A DNA stretch of 50,039 bases from a virus. Its lineage: Duplodnaviria; Caudoviricetes. The position numbers and the translations under genes are program-made. The DNA is taken from the IMG/VR virus record IMGVR_UViG_3300025723_001115, positions 1 to 50,039 of that record; one strand, given 5' to 3'. This document shows positions 46,105 to 50,039 of the stretch, piece by piece (the first letter of the stretch is position 1; every line of letters begins with the position of its first letter). The notes beneath the pieces were generated by a model that saw only the letters and a list, made by a program, of their open reading frames with translations, made no database searches and was not told the origin of the DNA.

Positions 46105-47370
46105 TTATACTGTCCATATGAATGTTAAATTAGTGCCGCCGGGGAAGTTAGAAGTAGTTGGTGTGACTGAGTACCACCAGTTACCACTGTTGTTACCAAC
46201 GTCACCGGGAGCAGCCACAACAATGACTGTATATGTGCCATATCCGTCAACTAGGATACTAGCTCCTACTGGAACTGAGGATGCCCATGAATAACTAGTG
46301 TCAATATGTATAGAATTTGATCCACTATTGATAGACGCCTGTACTGCGTCGTATGAATACTGTAATGGGAATTGTGTGCGCCCTGCTGTGTATCTGGCCG
46401 CTATGTTTGTACTGCTGATAGCGTGTGGCACTATTTCTAAATGTCCTATAGCGCCTTCTAAGTAAGCATCACCACTACCAGTATAGTTGCTCTTGCCAAT
46501 ATAGCAATGAGCTCTTGAAGTCTGTGCCGGAGGTGTCATGGCCAAGGCACCAATGCTAGTACCATTTAGATACATGGTAGCAATCGCACCATCATAGGTC
46601 ACTGCTAGATATGCCCAAAGTCCTAGTGGCACAGTGGTGTTACCAGTTAATATCGCTGGTTCGATAGCAAACACTGGGTTTCCTGAAGTACCACTAGTAA
46701 CTGCTAATATAACATTATCGCTACCGGCATCGCTACCAAAGTCAAACACTCGACTCCAGCTGGCATAACTGTTTATTTTTACCCAAGCTTCTACTGTAAA
46801 GTTTGTGCCAAAATATACGCCCGGTGTCACTTCGGCATATTGATTGGTAGTAAAGTTTAGAACATTATAACTGTCTGTTGGACTGTTGTACAAGTCGGCA
46901 TAGTTGGCTGTGGTAAATGTAATAGTACCAACATTGGCATCATTGGTGCCAGTCACAGTCCAGTTATTGGCCGACAAGGTGAAACCAGTCATACCGCTGG
47001 CATTTGAATTGGGTCCTGAATAAGCAGTGGCATAGCCGGTAATGGCAGCCGGTTGGGCGCCTCCACCGATATCGACACTGACAGCATCACCGATGTGTAA
47101 GTGCTCTAGCATGAACACTACACCTGTGTCACTTCCACCCATTTCTAATAGTACACCGCCACTACCGTCGCCTACAAGTTTTACACTACCATAACTAAAA
47201 TCTGTGCCAAAAGTAAATGTTCTAGTGATTTTACGCCCACTAGTATCGTACCAAACTGCGCCCGAAACATAATTGATAGCATCCAACAATAGTGTTGGGC
47301 CCACAAAGCCCTTGACTATGACGTTAGGACGGATCGTTACATTTGGTCTTATTACTGTATTAGCTGTCAT
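46105..47370 (-). CDS. LamG domain protein
   Basis: FTVEAWVK, WSRVFDFG and YLAVTYDG..MYLNG motifs. Confidence 0.8.
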   Translation of the reverse strand: MTANTVIRPNVTIRPNVIVKGFVGPTLLLDAINYVSGAVWYDTSGRKITRTFTFGTDFSYGSVKLVGDGSGGVLLEMGGSDTGVVFMLEHLHIGDAVSVDIGGGAQPAAITGYATAYSGPNSNASGMTGFTLSANNWTVTGTNDANVGTITFTTANYADLYNSPTDSYNVLNFTTNQYAEVTPGVYFGTNFTVEAWVKINSYASWSRVFDFGSDAGSDNVILAVTSGTSGNPVFAIEPAILTGNTTVPLGLWAYLAVTYDGAIATMYLNGTSIGALAMTPPAQTSRAHCYIGKSNYTGSGDAYLEGAIGHLEIVPHAISSTNIAARYTAGRTQFPLQYSYDAVQASINSGSNSIHIDTSYSWASSVPVGASILVDGYGTYTVIVVAAPGDVGNNSGNWWYSVTPTTSNFPGGTNLTFIWTV

Positions 47371-47395
47371 GGATTAACCTTTTTTGGACAGCGCA

Positions 47396-50039
47396 TTAAT
47401 ATGTGCCGCCGTCTAAGTCAGCCCATACAGGAACTCCACCTTGTAGTTGTAGTGTTTGTCCATTAGTACCGGCTGTTAGTTTACTTAGTGTATTTGTATC
47501 ACTGGCGTATAAAATATCACCCTTGGCATAGGTAGTTTGATTAGTACCACCATAACCTTCAGCAATGGCTGTGCCGTGCCATGTACCAGTTGTGATAGTA
47601 CCAACTGTGGTAATACCAGTCGATCCAGCCCAAGTAGATTTGATTTCTAACTGATTGCTACCATTTAGATCGATACTGGTGCTGTCATATTGTACATTTA
47701 GTACACCGGTACTATATCCTAATCCGTCTCCAGCGATACCAGAATCTACGCTTAGTGATCCACCACTTAGAGTTAAGGCACTATGAGTAGCAAGTTTAAC
47801 AGCAATACTGTTACCAGTAATGTTAATACCGTCGCCGGCTACATAACTGTTGGCAGCACTGAACTGTACAAATGTAATGTTAGAACCACTTGCTCCTATT
47901 GAGCTAATCGCCTGATCTGTTTGTACCCAACCTGTTGATCCGTTTAGAGTACCATCTTCAACAAACATGAAGTCTGCGCCAGTGATAACATCTGGGTGAT
48001 CGAAGTCATCTGCTCTAGTCCAAACAGTTGAACTTGTGTAGACATAGACGCCGTTTTGTTTAGCGTTAACTTGATCTTTAACCAAGATACGCTCGTGTGC
48101 TGTGAAAGTATAGTTGTCTAATACTGTAATTGGGTTGGTAAATGTCAATGTAGCACCAACGCTGGCAGGACTGCCTCCGCCATCTGCGTAGCTGACTGTA
48201 CCACCAATTGAACTCAAGTCACTTATGGTAGCAACTACAACTGGTTGATGGATCTTAAGACCCTGGGCCGCCGCATCAACATAGTGCTTGGTAGCCGCAT
48301 CTTGTGGCGCTGTTGGCTCTGACAAGTTGGTAATCTTACCAGCTACATTTAACGAACCATCTTCTTCGAATGTCCATGTGTAGTTGTTAGTACCATCATT
48401 TGATTCAATAGTAACAGTACCAGTACCGCCTGTTGTGTTGGCAATCTGATTAGTGCTGATAGCCAAGTCGCCAACATCAATTTCAGTTAAGCCTGCGATA
48501 GTTGGTACGTCACCACTTGAATTGCCTGTGGTAATTTCTGTAGTACCAATATAGAAACTGCTAGAAACTGTAGTCCAAGATAGTGTGCTTCCTGAATTAG
48601 GATACATCAATACCTGGCCAGGTGATCCACCGGCAGCTGGTAATGTATATCCTGAAAAACTTAGACTAGAATCATTGTTCAGTGTAATGTAAGCATTGTT
48701 GGCATACAAGCGCATTGTATCGCCTAGAGTTTCAATACCAGTTACACCATTTTCTAATATGTTAATAGCACCACCGCTGGTAGTGTTCAACACAAATGAC
48801 TGACCGTCTGCTACTTGTAGTGTAGTTCCACTGTTGCCACCGAATGTAGTACCGTTAGGCAGTACAAGTTGTCCGCTGGCATTGAATGTAAATGTTATGT
48901 CACCTGAGCCTGAATTGGCGATTAATTGAACATTACCTGTAGTGTTGTTACCATTCTCGATGGTATTGCCACTTAGGACCAAGTCACCGATGTCAACTTC
49001 AGTTAGGCCTTGTATGACCGTAGTACTACCACTTGAATTACCTGTAGTAATTGATGTAGTACCAATGTAAAGTGTTTGTGATAATGTGGTCCAAGTTAGG
49101 GTTGAACCTGAACCTGGATATGTTAATACCTGTCCACTTGAGCCTGCGCCAGCTGGTAATGTATAGTTTGGTAAACTTGTACTACCATCTGCGTTAAGAT
49201 TCCAGTTATGGGTAGTACCACTGCGAGTATTAGCAAAGTTTATAACATAGCCGTCTAAATTAAGCCCTGCGTATAAAGTATTGCCTGCGCCGTCAGTATT
49301 CTTTAATTCAAACGCACCGCCTTGAATATCAGCGTTGTAATTAATTGTAGCTTGTGTACCAGACGTTGTGCTTGGGAATACGATCTCTCCGCCAATACCA
49401 TTTGAAGTTGTGGCTGGTAATGTTAATACGCCGCTACCATCAAATGTCCAGGTAAAGTCACCGTTGCCTGTATTGGCAATAAGTGTAACGCTACCTGTGT
49501 CACCTGTTGTGCTAACTGTGCTTTCTTTTAAAACTAAACTGCCAACATCAATTTCAGTTAGGCCTTGGATATGTACTACATCACCACTAGCATTGCCTGT
49601 TGTAATTTCTGTAGAGCCAATGTAGAATGTCTGTGATAGAGTTGTCCAACTTAATACACCGGTTGAACCGTTAGCTGTTAGTACTTGACCGGTTGCGCCA
49701 TTGGCACTTGGGAATGTATAGTTAGGGAAATATGTAGTACCATCGGCACCAAATTCCCAGGTGTTACTATTGGCTGTTAAAGTTAGTGCGTTAGTGCCAG
49801 CAGTTATCTGAGCGGCGCCACTACCAGTAGCAGGAAGAGCTAAAGTAGCATCTGTGCCAAATATCCAACGATGTCCAAGACCTGAAGTTTCTGGATTAGT
49901 ATCTCCAGTACCGATAACCATAGCACCATCGGTGCGTGTTCTTACATACTGAGCATCATTACCTAAGAATAAACTGGTAACAGTTAGATCACCAGTAGTT
50001 AAGTGTAAGTGATTACCTTCACTGACGGTACCTGGGTAA
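47396..50039 (-). CDS. Long repetitive tail fibre protein, 5' end beyond the window
   Basis: The frame stays open upstream of 49921 to the window end. Three repeats of Y.LP...G..GQVL...L.WTT.S..FYIG.T.ITTGN.SG....GLTEIDVG, plus DAATKHYVD and RILVKDQ..QNGVY. Confidence 0.8.
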   Translation of the reverse strand, partial: YPGTVSEGNHLHLTTGDLTVTSLFLGNDAQYVRTRTDGAMVIGTGDTNPETSGLGHRWIFGTDATLALPATGSGAAQITAGTNALTLTANSNTWEFGADGTTYFPNYTFPSANGATGQVLTANGSTGVLSWTTLSQTFYIGSTEITTGNASGDVVHIQGLTEIDVGSLVLKESTVSTTGDTGSVTLIANTGNGDFTWTFDGSGVLTLPATTSNGIGGEIVFPSTTSGTQATINYNADIQGGAFELKNTDGAGNTLYAGLNLDGYVINFANTRSGTTHNWNLNADGSTSLPNYTLPAGAGSSGQVLTYPGSGSTLTWTTLSQTLYIGTTSITTGNSSGSTTVIQGLTEVDIGDLVLSGNTIENGNNTTGNVQLIANSGSGDITFTFNASGQLVLPNGTTFGGNSGTTLQVADGQSFVLNTTSGGAINILENGVTGIETLGDTMRLYANNAYITLNNDSSLSFSGYTLPAAGGSPGQVLMYPNSGSTLSWTTVSSSFYIGTTEITTGNSSGDVPTIAGLTEIDVGDLAISTNQIANTTGGTGTVTIESNDGTNNYTWTFEEDGSLNVAGKITNLSEPTAPQDAATKHYVDAAAQGLKIHQPVVVATISDLSSIGGTVSYADGGGSPASVGATLTFTNPITVLDNYTFTAHERILVKDQVNAKQNGVYVYTSSTVWTRADDFDHPDVITGADFMFVEDGTLNGSTGWVQTDQAISSIGASGSNITFVQFSAANSYVAGDGINITGNSIAVKLATHSALTLSGGSLSVDSGIAGDGLGYSTGVLNVQYDSTSIDLNGSNQLEIKSTWAGSTGITTVGTITTGTWHGTAIAEGYGGTNQTTYAKGDILYASDTNTLSKLTAGTNGQTLQLQGGVPVWADLDGGTY

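Noticed and set aside
47396-49921. Repeats in the fibre gene as a CRISPR array or DGR template/variable pair
   Set aside because: They are degenerate in-frame protein repeats with no spacers, no adenine-specific mismatch pattern and no reverse transcriptase.
1-50039. Genome-wide TAG recoding (code 15)
   Set aside because: Coding density is already high under code 11, and long genes have no internal TAG. Only one in-frame amber was found.

Overview
This window is part of a large, AT-rich, T4-like or jumbo tailed phage genome. The DnaK and IscU sequences look proteobacterial, possibly betaproteobacterial (inference). Genes lie almost entirely on the minus strand and use the standard genetic code with TAA as the dominant stop. 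Content from left to right: glycosyltransferase/LpxH-like genes; a curli (type VIII secretion) operon (csgF, csgG, curlin, FecR, a small ORF, a curlin-tailed adhesin); hemO-pcyX bilin synthesis; clpS, hsp20 and dnaK with ROSE-like leaders; a PBP-type peptidase, MazG, a DEDD nuclease, rpsU, a SleB-type hydrolase, iscA/iscU, PAAR, glutaredoxin, nrdB, an aldolase and nrdA; head-related proteins; a plus-strand island; and tail-fibre/LamG modules with a pirin. Four signals not shown in the ORF track stand out. (1) An amber-suppressor tRNA (anticodon CUA) has its own sigma70 promoter and lies upstream of a gene with an in-frame TAG at codon 5, in a window that almost never uses TAG as a stop. (2) A 116-codon ORF with no start codon is reachable only by -1 slippage at TC-A9-G, and a second TC-A10-G site lies in another gene. 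(3) Paired ROSE-like RNA thermometers precede hsp20 and dnaK. (4) Shared N-terminal tag motifs recur on head-type and tail-type proteins. All calls were made by eye, without database searches.
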